A stretch of 64,000 nt of DNA from the human T2T-CHM13v2.0 reference genome, Homo sapiens (GCF_009914755.1 NC_060926.1); one strand, 5' to 3'; positions 42,020 to 58,898 are shown, numbered from the stretch's first letter. The notes: a model not told the origin generated them from the letters alone. Translations and numbers: made by a program.

Positions 42020-42889
42020 GGAAGGCAGATACCAGATGTACCCATACCCCAGCCCTACCACTGAGACAGCTACTTCCCCAGGTGAGGTTGGAGAAACAAT
42101 ATACTGGACATCAAAAGGCCTGGGAGTATCCTAAATGGCCACTTGTGTTACCGTAAGTAAATCACTTAATTTCTCTGGCCTTCCATTTTCTCATTTACAA
42201 AATACAGGTATTGAACAAGATGATCCCATGCCCCTTTACCTCTGACATAAAATATTTATGCACAATTTTGTTTAGAAACTGGAAATGGAGACAAGATAGT
42301 TAGGACTAGGGTCAAGGCAGGGCACAGTGGCTGCACTAATTTACAAGTAGCATTTGGTTGAAAGAGTCACATGGACAGGACGCCCATTCCCAGGGAGTTC
42401 TTCCTATGCTGAGAACACTTCTGCTCCTGGTCAGGAAAGGGTCTCCTCTGAGGCTCACAGGAAACAGAAGCCTGGAAAATGGGATCCATTTCCAAGTGCT
42501 TTTCTCTCTCTTGGCATTCACACTAGGAAAAAATGATAAAGGGAATGGCAAACCCAAAAGAAAATTTTGAAAAGCTCTTGTTTCAGTCTCCCACACTCAA
42601 TTATTTTACATTTCAACACCTGGAATACCAAGTCCCTACCACAAGCCATTCATCACTTCAGGCTTTCTGCCCCCATAGCACCTCCACTTAAGTCTGACCA
42701 ATAATCCATAGTCCCATCAATTACATCCCATGTTTCTGCCACCTTAAATCTCTCTCTCCAAGGTGCACAAACAAAAAAAAAAAATGCAGAGATTTCTATT
42801 ATCTTAAATACGACTTGCCTGCTTCTTCCAAGTACTCTTTCAAGTACCTTGTCATTACCCGCCTTTCTTTTGCAGCAAAACTTCTAGGA

Positions 42890-43565
<676 letters not shown>

Positions 43566-43574
43566 ATACATTTA

Positions 43575-43900
43575 CCATGGTGGGCCTTCTCTAAGATGAT
43601 GTCCAATGACTGCTTCCTTGTGCAGTCTCCTCCCTTTGTACGTGGGCTGGACTTAGTGACTCACTTCCAGTAAATAGAATGCAGCAACAGTGATTGGCTG
43701 TCATTTCTGAGATTAGGTTACGAAAAGACCATGGTGTTATTTTAGGTACCCTCCTGCTCTGAGAGAATCCAGCTGCCCTATGGGGAGTCCCATGTGGCAA
43801 CTGACATCTCAGGCCAATAGTCACAAGAGTGAGCTTGGAAGCAAATCTCTCCCCAGTAAAGACTTGAGCCCCAGCCTACACCTTGACTGCAGTCTCATCA
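43575..43900 (+). mobile_element. MLT1-family LTR fragment
   Basis: gggctggacttagtgactcacttc...gagtgagcttggaagcaaatc...accttgactgcag. Confidence 0.65.
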
Positions 43901-44213
43901 CTCAACCAGCAAACTAGAGAATGACAGTTCTACATACACGCTGTACCTGAGTTTCAGTTTCAGGTGATTTGACGTACTCGCTGTTCTAAAGCACTGCTCC
44001 TGGCATCACCTACATTTAGAGCACATCGTCTTTGCAATCCAAGAACCTTTCTTGTTTTACACAGAAGTCTATTTTAAATTCTTTTAGGACCTTGTCTATA
44101 TTTAAAGGAAACATGTAAATCCTTTTGTTCAATAATTAGCTATGATGATCTATCACACCCATCTCTGTGTGACAATGAAGTAGAGCAAATCCAAAGACAA
44201 GACACAGGTTTCC

Positions 44214-44524
<311 letters not shown>

Positions 44525-45378
44525 AAGACACAGGTTTCCCTCTAGCATGTAGAGTATGGCAGAAAGAGTAAAGACGTAGCCAAGTGACTAGCACAATGCA
44601 GGAGTGAAATACCCCAGGGTACCTTGTGCATAGTTTCCAAAGTACATCACCTTATCCACCAGAAAAATTTTTTGAGTCAAAAACCATTAACATAATTTTG
44701 CCATTTTTGATTAGTACATTACCTTCTGCATAGTATGTTCAATTAATTCTTAAAGAATGAATCTACTTAAATATAGTTTCATTAGGTTGATTTTTTGTTG
44801 TTATACCTCTCTCAAATCTTCCCCTTTTACTACTTTTAAGGAACATAGCAATTATGTAAAGTGGGCCACAGGACACAATAGAACCTCTTTGTATCATTAG
44901 ACCTTTGAGAATAAGGTTAGCATGAGTAGATGAAGCTTTATTGTAATTTAGTTGTCATATACCCAGAAAGACATAACCTGCTCTGTGTTCTAACTCATGT
45001 AATAAAAGGGTCATGTAGGTAATGACAGGATTCTTTAAATTTAATTTAGCTCGCAACTCAAAAGCTGTTATTTCTTAAATGAAATTAGATAGTTCACTTG
45101 CTTCTAAATGCCCTTTTAAATTCATGTAAACAAATGGACAGTATTTATCATCCTGCCATACTTTTCATGTATATATAAAAAATCACTATGCTGTGCAAGG
45201 GTGGTTCCCAAATACATCTTAGAAGTTGTTCTGCCTCATGCTTAGTTATCATTTCAGACCTTTAATAGACATAGGGCCAGCTTTTGTTCACCTTACTCTA
45301 AATACATTCTATACATATAGTACACACATACAAATGTGTGAGTATACATACGTGCGTATAGTGTGTATATGGCAGCAT

Positions 45379-45436
45379 GAGAGAGAGAGAGAGAATGAGG
45401 GAGGGAGGGAGGGAGAGAGAGAGAGAGAGCAAGAGT
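45379..45436 (+). repeat. GA/GGGA-rich simple repeat
   Basis: gagagagagagagaatgagggagggagggagggagagagagagagag. Confidence 0.9.
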
Positions 45437-46149
45437 GAGGGAATGTGCTAGTGAGCACCATGAGCACTTATTTTCCTTTGGCTTTCACTAGAGGTCTATT
45501 CCAAATTCACTTGCCAAGTAACTTTTCCTGAAGCAACTCTTATTCTCCTATTCTAAGCAGATATGTACTCCAGTAGAAAACATATGACTCCTAAAAATAC
45601 TTGTGGTGAGGAAAAGTTTAATATTCACTATGATAGCCAGTTACTGAGATGCTAAGTAACATAATTCTCTCTCTCCATTCCCCCTCTACTCATCATCTTC
45701 AGGTAATTTCCAGGGAAATTTCTTTAACATTTAGTAATATCCTAATAATATTTTCAATTCCAAAACCCTGGTTTCTATTTTTTGTTTTGCTTATAATATC
45801 TAAAATAGTTAAAAAATGGCAAAATATATTTTTATAAAAGTTGATAGAGTAATAGTTTATTCCTAAGCAGCATCTCTAAGTCAATAAACTTATTCTAGTA
45901 TCTATAAATTTAAAATAAGTGCTTTAGATAATCGTTGTATAACTTGGCCTTCACTGTTTTTGGTGGGGACATGTGGGCGATACGGCAGGGAGAAAACAAA
46001 AATATCTAGCTCACTAAATACATACAGTGTAATCTTCCAGTGACAACATTAATGCATTCCAGAAAGGCACAGGGTAATAAAAAAAGATACACACTTGCAA
46101 AAAGGAAAAAAAATCTACATACTAATCACCAAGAGTTATTGATAAAAAT

Positions 46150-46510
46150 CAAGATTCAGAGTCAGAGATCGTGGTTTGTGTCTGGGTCTGCACAAATTAG
46201 TTATTAGGTCATTTGATCTCACTGGAACTTGAATTGCAAAACTGGAATAACACTTCCTGCCTCTCAAGGTTGCTGAGAGGGTTAAATGGGTAAGGTATAT
46301 TCATTGTCTAGCACAATGGTTCTCAAACTTGGTTGCACAATGGACCCACCTACATTTAAGAAAATACTGAGGCCTAGGTGTCACTTTCAGAGATTCTGAT
46401 TTAATTGGTTTGTGAGGATTTTTAAAAATCTCCCCAAGAGATTCTAAAGTGCAGCCAATTTTGAGAACCACCGGTCTCATATAATGCCTAGCACACTATT
46501 AAGTATTCAG
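46150..46510. mobile_element. MIR interrupted by a MER5-like element (~46312-46475)
   Basis: MIR core on the flanks; caatggttctcaaactt...ttgagaaccaccg termini. Confidence 0.65.
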
Positions 46511-46986
46511 TTAGACTTAATGATATACCTTCATTGGAACTTTATAAACTCTAATACACACATAAAGGCTTCTACCTAGTTCAATCACATTTATGTAAAT
46601 AAATGTTCAATAAATGTTTATGTAAATAAATGTTCAAAAAATAAATGTTCAATCACATTTATTCACTCAGGATCAGTGAATAAAACATATCTTAAAAGTA
46701 GTCCATAAGTTTAATAATAAGTGTTTCAAATTTAAATCCCTGTTACATTTTTGTTTCCTTTTATCAAAGAGGAAAATTCCTCATGAAAGAAACAAAAATG
46801 ATCTTTTACTTTATATTTTTTACTGAGATACAATTTACATAAGAAAATGCACAAATAGAAGTGAATAGAATTTTACATATATACACACACACCTCTCTCT
46901 GTCTGGGTTTCTCTCTCAAGGAGTCACCAACACAGACCAAGATATGGGATGGGAAAATATAACTACAAAGTAAAAATTAAATATTA

Positions 46987-47157
46987 GACCAGGCGTGGTG
47001 GTTCATGTCTACAGTTTCAGCTACTTGGGAGCCTGAGGTGGTAGGATCACCTGATCCTGGGAGGTCAAGGCTAGAGTGAGCCAAGATCATGCCACTGCAC
47101 TCCAGCCTGGGTGACAGTGAGACTCTGTCTCAAAAAATAATAATAATAATAATAAAA
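46987..47157 (+). mobile_element. Alu right-arm monomer (FRAM-like) with (AAT)n tail
   Basis: Single monomer ending gagactctgtctcaaaaaataataat. Confidence 0.85.
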
Positions 47158-48719
47158 TATTAAATTTCTTATATATGTCCCATAAATAAGAAATTTCAGT
47201 TTGTCTCTGGGTTTTCCTAAATATCTTACAGGGGATGTTTACTTTTTGAACAGTTATGAAAGTCAAACTTTCTTAACAAGAAAAGGGAACAAGATGAGAA
47301 AAACATCTTGGGGAAAAATATGAGAAAAACCTTCAGCAGAAATAGCTATATCAAAGGAGGAGATATAAAATTAATGTAAACAAACGAGCGATTTGAGAAA
47401 ACAGACTTAAAAGAAATATCTACAATGAGTCACAAGACAGTCAACAACATTTACTGGGCACCCACTGTGTACTTAGTGCTATATAAAGAAATTGTGAGCA
47501 GATTAAAGAAATACCATATGAGGCCCTCAGATACCAATAACTTAAAAATGGAATAAGTCCAACTAAACAATGGCAAAGATGTCCTAAATGCACTCTAGGA
47601 AAAAACTCTACATTAACTGAATGCTTATCTAGTTGCAGAAACTATGCCAAATGTTTTATATATATAATCCCCTAACAAATACTACCCTTTTTTGAATAGA
47701 ACCCTAAAATAATTCATAAACATTTATAGAAATGACCAAATAACTTCTCTCAATAACAAACCCAAACCACAAAACCATGTCCCAATGCTCACTTATGATT
47801 CCAGTCATTCTTGCACAACTTTCTGCCCATACAAGTGTCAGCAGCAGCTGGACTCAACATCATCTACTGAAAGCTTCCTTTGCACTTGTGTTTGTTGCCT
47901 TGCAAGCAACATATATGGGAGAATCACTGTGGTTTAGAAAAATTAGTCCAAAAAAGGTCATAAAAATGTGACTGACACTACAATTAAATTTTTTTTAATG
48001 ATTAACAAAAATATGAGAAGAGAGAACTATGTGAAACTCTGACCTCTTTTTTCTTTGGCACATAGAAATTAAGTATAAAAGGCCTTATTACAAATATATA
48101 TTTCTACTTTAAAAAGGTTAAATTATTATTCAAAAAATTTGAAGAAAAAGTTACTCATTAAAAACAAAATTATCTGTGGATTTTTTAAAATTTTACTATA
48201 CTTGCTCTCTGAAGCAATAAATATAGAAAAAAAAGTTCTCCACCAAAGGAAGTTAAAAAGTTTTAGTTGATTTTTTTTTTAAATTTCAAACACACACTAG
48301 GTTAGAAACCTAGCATTTAAAACATTAAATGTGAGAGTTATAATTATTAAAATATATGCACATACACATATTAAAGAGTGGGAATGCATGTCAGCCAAGC
48401 AAGCCCACTGGTAGATCAGCCAACCAAACAATAAAACCAAAAGTTGCTTTCAAGTCACAATGTGAATAACATACTCTCAAATATGAACTTGGGTAAATAT
48501 TAAACATCGTTGAGTTATCAGACTCTGTTAAAATTTTAAATTCATGTTGGGGTAAACCTATCATTCACCACATACTGATAAAGAAAACTCCCTGAAATAA
48601 ATTTGCCAAAATAATTTTCCTAGTTACAGGTTTTGACAAATACTAGCTAAAAGAACTATTTGGACATAGTATCTCAAACAGAGTTTAGAAATACTAAAAT
48701 CAAAAGTAGCACATTATTC

Positions 48720-50085
48720 AAAAATTACCTTAAATTGGATCTAAATTTAAAACATAAACTTAAAAAATTTATAGATAAAAACATAAGAAAAAAATCTTTG
48801 GGAACAAAAGTTAGGCCATAGGATTAGCTATGACATCAAAGGCACAATCCATAGATTTAGTATACATATATGTATATAAAAAAATTTGACTTCATCAAAA
48901 ATTAAAAACTTCTGTTCTGTGAAAGACCCTATTAAGGGGATGAAAACGCAAGCCACAGACTGGGAGAAAATATTTGCAAGTCACATATTCAGCAAAAAGA
49001 CATATCTAGCATATACAAAGAACTCTCTAAACTCCATAGCAAGAAACAATCCAGCCATGAGATGGAAAAAGGTGTAAACTCGTTACCAACGAGGGTACAC
49101 GAATGGCAAATAGACACACAAAAATAGGTTTAACAACATTATCTATTAGGAAAATGCAAATTAAAGCTATGATGATCTACCACTACACACCTAAATTTTA
49201 AAATACTGGTAATACCAAGTACAGACAAGAAAGTGGAGAAACTGGCTCTCTCATATGTGGCTTGTATAATGTGAATGCAAAACGGTGAAGGCCACTCTGG
49301 GAAGCAATTTGGCACTGCCATATAGAACTAAACATACACATAACGTATGACCCAGTAATCTACTCCTAGGTATTTGCACAAGAGTAGTGAAAACTTATAT
49401 TCACAAAAACCTCTACATGAATGTTTCTGGCTGCTTTCTTCATAAAGACCCAAACTGGAAACAACCCAAATGTGCTCCCATGGGAGAAACAATAAAAAAC
49501 TATGATGCATCCATACAACAGAAAACTACTCAGCAATAAAAATCAGCAAAGTTTTGATACATTCAACTCGGATGGATCTCAAGGGTACTAGGCTGACTGA
49601 AAAAAGACAGTCTCAAGGAGTTACATACTGTATGGTTCTGCTTACGTAAGAGTCTCAAAGGGACAAACTTCAGGTCACAGAAAACAGATCAATGGCAGCC
49701 AAATTTGGAGGCATGATGAGACTATTAAGGGTTAACATGAGGGAGTTTCTTTGTGGTGGTGAAGAGTTCTGTACTCTGATAAAGAATGGTGCAGTTACAT
49801 AAATCTACACATGTGGCAAAGTTTCATAGAACTATAAACCTAAATCAACAAACATAATGATTATAGAATGCATGTAAAAAGCTGATGAAATCAGAATAAG
49901 GTCTGTACCTGTGTTAATAGCATTAGTATCGATGTCACTTCCTTGGTTTTGACAACATACTACCATTATATATGATATTATTATTGGGGGAAAGCTAGAA
50001 GAAGGGCACAGAGAAACTTTCTGCACTATTTCTGTAACTTCTTTCAAAGAAAACTAGTAAAAAAATAAAAGTTACAATAAAAATA
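48720..50085 (+). mobile_element. L1M (L1MB/MC-like) 3' portion with ORF2 remnant
   Basis: The ORF track gives KIKNFCSVKDPIKGMKTQATDWEKIFASH, typical of the L1 ORF2 C-terminus. An L1M 3'UTR and A-rich end follow. Confidence 0.85.
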
Positions 50086-50448
50086 TATCTAAGGTAGTGA
50101 TTCTCAAAATTTGGTAGATATTAGAATCACCTATGGAACTTGTTTATAACACATGTTGGCTTCAGTTCGTACCTATTTAAAGTAAACCTGTATACAGGGT
50201 CCAGGTAATATACGCTGATAATCTAGCACATTACAGTTTGAAACCACCGAACTAAAATAAAGGCAAAGATATTGGAAAAAATGATGATCCCCATCAATAA
50301 CTGTTGTTCTATTTAATGGCTAATTACTAAAGAAGTCCTACCCACACAAGACCTCATTCCCAGATTATATAACTGAGTCAAGAAGCTGTCACAGATACAG
50401 CAAAAGACATGCAATGATGTTATGGATCTATTTAATAATGCAAATACT

Positions 50449-50792
<344 letters not shown>

Positions 50793-51967
50793 TGCAAATG
50801 CTGTTAGTCATAACACATCTGATAATACAGAAGTGAAAACACTGACATAAGAAAAAAAACCCATGCTGTGAAAACAAAGGTGTGTAGAGAAAATATATCC
50901 TCAATAAGACACAGGCGTCACATATTTAAAATGTCTATTATAGGCCTTTATCTATGCTTTTATATGAAATAATTATTGTTGGCAAATCATAAACAAAAAT
51001 AAGCATCGAGGCACTTGATTTAAAAGTTTCCTTTGTTCGATATAATTCATGAAAAGATCAACCTAAATATTACTCCATATACAACACAGTAAGAGTTAAA
51101 ACCCAAGAAGTTTCCAAATCTTCACTCAAATTCTCTCCTAACAGGATGTCCACAGGAACATACAGGTATACAATTTTCACATTTATATTAGGCAGCTCTA
51201 TGCCAAGTACCTACCAGGCCCTTTTCACCTTTTCTCAGCAAAGAATGAATCACAGTTTTTCCACTATCTCCCTGCCATCTCATAAGAGAAGTAGCAATGC
51301 AACTAGAGAATAAATCAAGTCTTAGATCATCATTTCTGAAAGGCTGCTAATCTCTAACTTAAACCGTTCCTATAACCTCTGAAATGCTAGCTCATTTGCT
51401 CTTCACTCTGTGGAAAAATAAGTTCTTTTGGATGAAAAATTATGGTCATTATGTGATTATGCTCAAATAGTTCAGCTGATTAATACTAGCCTCAAGTGAA
51501 TCCATAATTATAGGCTTAATCCTTCCTTATAGGGCTATTTAACCTGACCATGCTCTTTGGCCACAGGTGACAGTGCCAACCACTGAGCTAGAAAAAAAGT
51601 GAGTATCACTGGGCAAAATAAAAGTCAACTGAGCATGTGTGTTTGAAGGAGGACAAGTCTATGACAACTCAAAGTACTTTCAATGTAAGTTTGGCCAGTA
51701 GTAGCATCTACTGTACCACAGATGAAATAATCCAATATACAGTGTCCTGAACTAACCAGGAGAGGTAGTGGGGAACTAGAAAAGAGTGCTGGATTACAAG
51801 ACAGTATACTTCAGTTCTAGTATCAATCCAACATATACTGAGCTGTGTCTCAGCTGTCTCGTTTAATCAATATATCAAATGTATAGTGTATTATACGAGA
51901 ACAAACTAGCTAGCCTGGTAAAAGCATCTGATCATCTTAAATCACTTGCATTATTAAAAACAGCATA

Positions 51968-52505
<538 letters not shown>

Positions 52506-52629
52506 ATAAAGGGTCACATTTCCAATAAAGTCACCGTACAATTTTAAAATCCTTAGTTTTATGCAAAAATATACTTCGTACGTATCAGGTTTGAAAAAAA
52601 TGTCTTTTTTCTTTTTTTTTTGTTTGAGA

Positions 52630-55060
52630 AAAAAATGTAAAAAATTTGTCAACACACACTATAGGTATGGTTGGGAAAAGAAGCACTCTCATACCTTGCT
52701 GGTGGGAGACCAAAATGGAGGAATTTTCCCTATAGAGAAATATTTAGCAATAACTAACACAATCAAATACGTAGTTACCCTTTGGCCCAATAATCCTACT
52801 ACCAGGAAGTTATCCCAAAGACACACCAGCTTATGGCTTATGCGAAAGGTTAGTTCTTGCAGCATTTTTGAAAACAAAAGACTAGAAACAAACCAAATAT
52901 CCATGAAGTATAGACTATATCAAATTATGGTACATCCACTTGATAAAGTATTATGCAATCATGAAAAGGAATGAAAAAGATCGCACACATTCATGACTGG
53001 AATATATTATCAAATGACATAAAGAAAATAAGTGCTTTTAGTATACTATCTTTCGATAAAAAGTAGATGGGGTTCTATATGGAATATAATAGAAACAATG
53101 TCAAGATAAAAATAAAAATGATTACGTGGGAGAAAAGGAATAGGGATGAAAGTTAGATCTCTACAAATGTATCTTAAAATTTTGCCTTTAAAGATTAAAT
53201 GTTTTTAAATAACAGCTTTTCTTTTTCTTTATGTTTGAGACAGGGTCTCGCTCTATCATCCAGGCTGGAGTGCAGGGGCGTAACTGTGGCTTACTGCAGC
53301 CACGACCTATTGGCTCAAGAGATCCTCCTGCCTCAGCCTCCAGAGTAGCTGAGACTACAGGCATGTGCCACCACATCTGGCTAATTTTTTTGTTTGTTTA
53401 GTAGAGACAGGGTCTCACTATGTTTATCAGAGTGGTCTTGAACTGTTGGCCTCAAACAACCCTCCTGCCTTGGCCTCTCAAAGTGTTGGGATTACCAGGC
53501 GTGAGCCACCACACCCAGCTAGCTTTTCTTTTTTATATGCTTCTAGTGTGATATATTCTAAAGACAAAAACACTAAAAATTTTAAAACTGTAACCAGTTG
53601 TCTTACTATTAGTAGTAATTTTAACAAATATTATTTTGAAACTATAGTATTTCATATAATTGTAAAATAAATATCTAAATGTATACTGCTAGGAGTCCAT
53701 ATTTTCTGAATAAGAGATAAACATAAAATTGGAGTTAAATAAAAATGCTATAACTTTAGATTTGATTGAATATATTAGTATGAACATGATTTTCTTCTTT
53801 CAAAAATGCATATTATCCAGCTGTCCACTTGAACGTCATCACCCAGTAGCAAAGAGCATGTAGTTATGGTCTGAAAATATATTTCCCACCAAAGGAATCA
53901 GGGTTCCTTGAAAAAATGACTGAGTCCAGGTGTGGGCCAAAAAAGCATATGAGACTTTTTGGGCAAACAGAATGTTCTAGGATCAGAGAGGTTATCACAG
54001 ACTATGGAGGTCATGGCAAAATGACTCAGCAGGCAACTGGAAGGGCCTCTTTCTGGCCCAAGATGGGATAATTTTAACACTAAAAGAATGACTACATTGT
54101 ATTGAAACATAACATTTATTTTAAAAATCCATGAGTTATTAATAATAAAAACTAAATAGTCATTATGAAGGCTGCTAAGGTAGGACATCTCTTAGTACCC
54201 TGAAAATTTAGGGAAAGAATCAATCAAGCATTTATACTGCCTGAAATACAGTTCATACAGAAATATAACATTTGATGAACAAGGGTTTCCTTTAAAGAAT
54301 TCTAGATAATAAAATACAGAAGGAATAAAATAATTAGAAAATTATTGGTTTCAATATTTGCTCAAAAAACAGTATTAAGCAACCATTCATCAATGAACTC
54401 TAAGCCATGAGGTGAGAATTTAACTGGGAACATAATAAATGGATCAGATGGACACCACCTGAATCCACTTTTCAAATTTAGCATCACTAAATACTGGACA
54501 GACATCATGCGCTTCATGACACGTTGCAATGGAATGCATACAGTACCACATATGAAGTACTCTTATCTAATACATTTAATATGACTCTAACCAAAAAATT
54601 AAGTAGATCAAAAAACAATATAAACACAACCACAAGAATGTAGTTAGCAAGATCCTGAATTTGCAACAGTCTGCAAGATCAATAATCCAATTTAACTAAC
54701 GAATCAAAATGTAGGAACAAAGAGAAGGGAGTGGGAAAGAACCCATATAGAATGAGAGACTTAAGTGATATAACCACCAAATGTTAGATACGCTAATGCC
54801 ATAAAAGGTATTTTTTTAAATTTCCTTATCTGTTACGATATATAACAAAATATGAGTAAAATGGCTATGTGTGGATTTTCTTGAGACGAATAAAAGGGAA
54901 AAAGTGGAGAAAGCTAAAGCAAAATTGGCAAAGCGTTTGTGACATTTAAAGCTCGGTGAAAGGTGAGTAATGAATACTCTCACCTTTTGTGTTTGAAAAT
55001 TACTAATGTTTTTACAAAAAAAAATCTTATGCTCTATGGTATATATGAACAAAACAATAA
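52630..55060 (+). mobile_element. Old L1M (L1MC/ME-like) 3' region with Alu insertion
   Basis: L1 ORF2-end and 3'UTR-like motifs (aagcactctcataccttgctggtggga, aaattatggtacatccac). Boundaries approximate. Confidence 0.65.
53216..53520 (-). mobile_element. AluJ
   Basis: Antisense dimer. Confidence 0.92.
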
Positions 55061-55254
55061 TTGAAACACACAGAAACAAAAGAAATTACTAAAGCTAATC
55101 AAAAATACATTTAGGAATATTGACCTCCTAAATGAAGGTCGCTTTTGCCTTTTCATCTGTAAAATGAAGGGCTATCTGGAAGATCTCTGAAGTTCTTTTC
55201 ATTCTAATATTTCTTATTTGTGCTTTAAATAAGCCAAGATCATAATTTTTTTCT

Positions 55255-55606
55255 TTCTAATATCTCTGCTCTAACCCTAACCAACCTCCAGCCTCAGGCA
55301 CCCATTACAGTGTTTTCTGTCTCTCTATATTTGCTTTTTTTGGAGATTTCCTGTAAAAGGAATCATGCAATATGTGTTCTCCTGAATGGCTTCTTCCACT
55401 GAAGCAGCTCTTGAGGTTCACCCGTGTTGTAGCATATATCCATACTTAGTTACTTTTTATTCCCTAATAGAATGCCATTGCATGAATAGACATTTTATTT
55501 ACCCATTCACCAATTAATGTATGTTTGAGTTGCTTCCACTATTTGGCTATTATGAATAATGCTGCTATGAACACTCACATACAAATCTTTGCATATACCC
55601 TTTTTT
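55255..55606 (-). mobile_element. L1M fragment (antisense)
   Basis: ttccactatttggctattatgaataatgctgctatgaacact is a typical antisense L1M motif. Confidence 0.75.
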
Positions 55607-55611
55607 GTATG

Positions 55612-56011
55612 TGATATGGTTTGGTTCCCTGTCCCCGTTCCAATCTCATGTTGAATTTGTAATCCCCAATGTTGGAGATGGAGCCAGATGGGAGGTGACT
55701 GAATCATGGGGGTGGATTTCCCCTTAGTGCCATTCTTGCAATAGTGAGTTCTTGTGAAATCTGGTCATTTAAAAGTGTGTGGCACCTCTTCCCTTTTGCT
55801 CTTCCTCCTGCTCCAGCAATGTGAAGTGCTGGCTCCCCCTTGCCTTCTGCCATGATTATAAGTTTCCTGAGGCTTCCCTAGAATCTGAGCAGATGCCAGA
55901 ATCATGCTTCCTCTACAGCCTACAGAACCATGAGCCAATTAAACCTCTTTTCTTTATAAATTACCCAGTCTCAGGTATTTCTTTATAGCAGTGCGAGAAC
56001 GAACTAATACA
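55612..56011 (+). mobile_element. MST (MSTA-like) MaLR solo LTR
   Basis: tgatatggtttgg...aattaaacctcttttctttataaattacccagtctcagg...actaataca. Perfect 5-bp TSD gtatg at 55607 and 56012. Confidence 0.92.
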
Positions 56012-57638
56012 GTATGTCATTCTTAAGACTTCACAGCATAGATATATAGCATGTTCCTAGTACTCTCTGACTACTCCTGCTTTCCTCCATGCACATGGAA
56101 ATAGTTTAAAGCCACTGGCATTTAAAATTATAATTTACTCGTGAAAGACCAACAGATATTCAAGAACCATAAGCCACACCTATATTACACAAAACACAGC
56201 CTTGGACATAAAATTAATTATCCAAGAAATATTTTGATTATGATTAAAACAGTATAATAACCACAAGCCTCTACTTTTCCATTGAGCCATTCTTCCTTCA
56301 ATTACAGATCAATGGTTTGGTATAAATGTTCAGTATATCATAAGGATAATGAATAAACTAACATGTCTAATAAAGAAAGATGTAGTGGGTACAATGCAGA
56401 CAGCATAACTGTGTTTAACTTATGTACTGGTTTCACTACGGAAACACAGAGAGGGATGGAATTCTACTCCAAGTGTCGCTTATGCAACAATGGGCAGTTC
56501 AAACGTGTACTTTTAAATTCAAACACAAAACTGCATGAATGCTTTTTAATTTTTTTCTCACATATTTAAATAAGTTCATTTTTTGGAAAAATCACTAGAG
56601 TTTTAAAACATATAGTTAGAAGAGATACTACCATTATCTTATGGAAAATAGTTTAGGATTAATGATTTAGAAAAATTATCAAAAAAGGAGGCAAATATAA
56701 CAAAATTCTCTAATATTTCTAGTCAGCAGGTTATAAAAAGGTCAGGTAAAGTGGGAAATCAAAAGTTCATATAACCTCAAACATTCTAACTTAAGATGCA
56801 CAGATGTAAATTCATTCACTGCTCTTTGATGTAGAGTGAAAGCTTTATTTTTTAAATGTACCCACTGATGGGATTTTCATCCTGTCCTTCTTGCACACAT
56901 AGCATACAAAGGCTTGCCTTTGATGTTCTCCTTTTCTACGTAGATCAAACATTTCAACACATCTGCAAAATAATTTACATGTAAATTCATTTATTTCATA
57001 TTTTTATTTCATTATTTTAGTGTCCCATTCAATTATAATTTAATAGCATAATTTTTTGGTTAGGGTAGGTAGCTCACCAAAGATTATTTCTTAAGTACTT
57101 AATTTTGCTTTTATGAAAACAGCTCTTCCTGTTTTTACATTGTATGTATATAATATTTTTTAAATTACATTATTAAAATAAGCAATTGTAAAAACAGGCC
57201 TTAACAGGTTAAGTAATAGTAAAACAAAATTTTGAAGAAATATAACTGGCATGAGAAGGTGAACTAGAAATTACCCTACTGGTCCTAGCCCCAAACGGTG
57301 CAAAGAACAGACTTTCAGCATGTATTACTGAGGGACTGGAAATCTTATCTGAACAAGTCTGTTGACTGAAGTTTAAGAACTTCTACAGGTCACTAGATGC
57401 AGGATTGCTGGAGAACTGTGATCCATACACTGACAAACCTTTAAGAAATCATGACCTGAAACTTGATTTTTTTTTAGTTTGTCCAAACAAGTGCAGGCCA
57501 AGCAAAAGCAACCACCTGCTACTCCTTAATTTATTACACAATTTGTAAGAAAGGCAGTAGAAAATGAGAATACTGTGGATAGATCACATGCACCAGAAAT
57601 AATACAAATGATTCTCTCAATAAAATAATAATCTAAGC

Positions 57639-57846
57639 CAAGCTTGTCCAACCTGTGGCCTGCAGGCCACATGCAGCCCAGGATGGTTTTGAATGTGGCC
57701 CAACACAAATTCGTAAACTTTCTTAAAACATTATGAGATTTTTTTTTTTTAGCATATCAGCTACTGTTAGTATATTTTATGTGTGGCCCAAGACAATTCT
57801 TTTTCTTCCAATGTGGCCCACGAAAGCCAAAAGATTGGACACCTTT
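57639..57846. mobile_element. MER30 hAT relic
   Basis: ttgtccaacc...gcccaacacaaattcgtaaactttcttaaaacattatgaga...aagccaaaagattggacacc. Confidence 0.85.
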
Positions 57847-58898
57847 GAATTAAGATATAAATACAGAAGCATAGCTTTCCAGAAACCATTTTTATTCATC
57901 TATAGAAATAATCCCTCTTATCTGGGGAAGAAATGATCCAGAACCATCTTATGTCTATTAGTTAAATGCCTCCTATCATATATCCCTTAGTAAATCACTT
58001 GATAAAAAGAAATTTTAAAAATCTACTGTAAATCTTATTAGTGTCATCAGAATTGAAAAATCACAATTAAATTTAAAGATAAGTAATATGTATTGACAAA
58101 CGACATTTCTAAAAATCTCCGTGAAAGCACTGGCCTTCCTATTTCCTTAACTATTTTTAGGTATATTTGTATTGCAAGCACACGATGGCACACTAAGCAA
58201 AGAAATCTGTTTACACACTAAATGTTTCCATACAAGCAACAATATGCAAATGGCTTATTGTAAATGTTCACAATTCTTAGTGATTAATTCAGATTAGCAA
58301 GTTCATATTAGCGAATGGAAGCTGACTGAGTCCAGGCACCTTAACTCTCTGGTTTAATGCTGTGTCTTGAAGCATCTAGAATATTTATTGGAACAAAGAA
58401 GATGCTCAATAAAACATGGTTGAATGATTTCTCTTTCAGATACACACATACTCTACCATGTGTTCAAACATTTTCCTAATTTTGAAAAAAAAATCTCGTT
58501 TCTTAAAAGCATGCGGGGTTAGAATTTTTAATGTATTTAGTGTGAAATAACAGTTCCTTTCAGCATTTGACCCTGATTCATAGAAAACAAGAACCTGCAC
58601 AAAGAATAAATTATCCTCAGCCATTCAACAATCAGGCTGTCTTCTAGCAATGTATAAAAATAACCAAGCTGTAGGGTTGCTAAACATCTATATTCCATGA
58701 AAATCATTTTCTTCTTCCCATCTATTGTAGAGACATTTGCCTTTTACCTTCAGACTGGTGGTTTGGCAACTCTACCAAATACATCATTTTATATATATTA
58801 TCCCCAGTCATCAGTAAATAAGAATATATTTTATATTCCTGTTTGTGTAAAAGGCCAAATTACAGATTAATTAAAATGAGCTCATTTAGGAGTAATTG

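Noticed and set aside
46575-46665. Cluster of AATAAA hexamers in a short repeat (aataaatgttca)
   Set aside because: It is on the strand opposite to COBLL1 and is explained by slippage in low-complexity DNA.
48886-49510. ORF2-like peptides suggesting an active LINE-1
   Set aside because: Short, frameshifted remnants of an old 5'-truncated L1M element.
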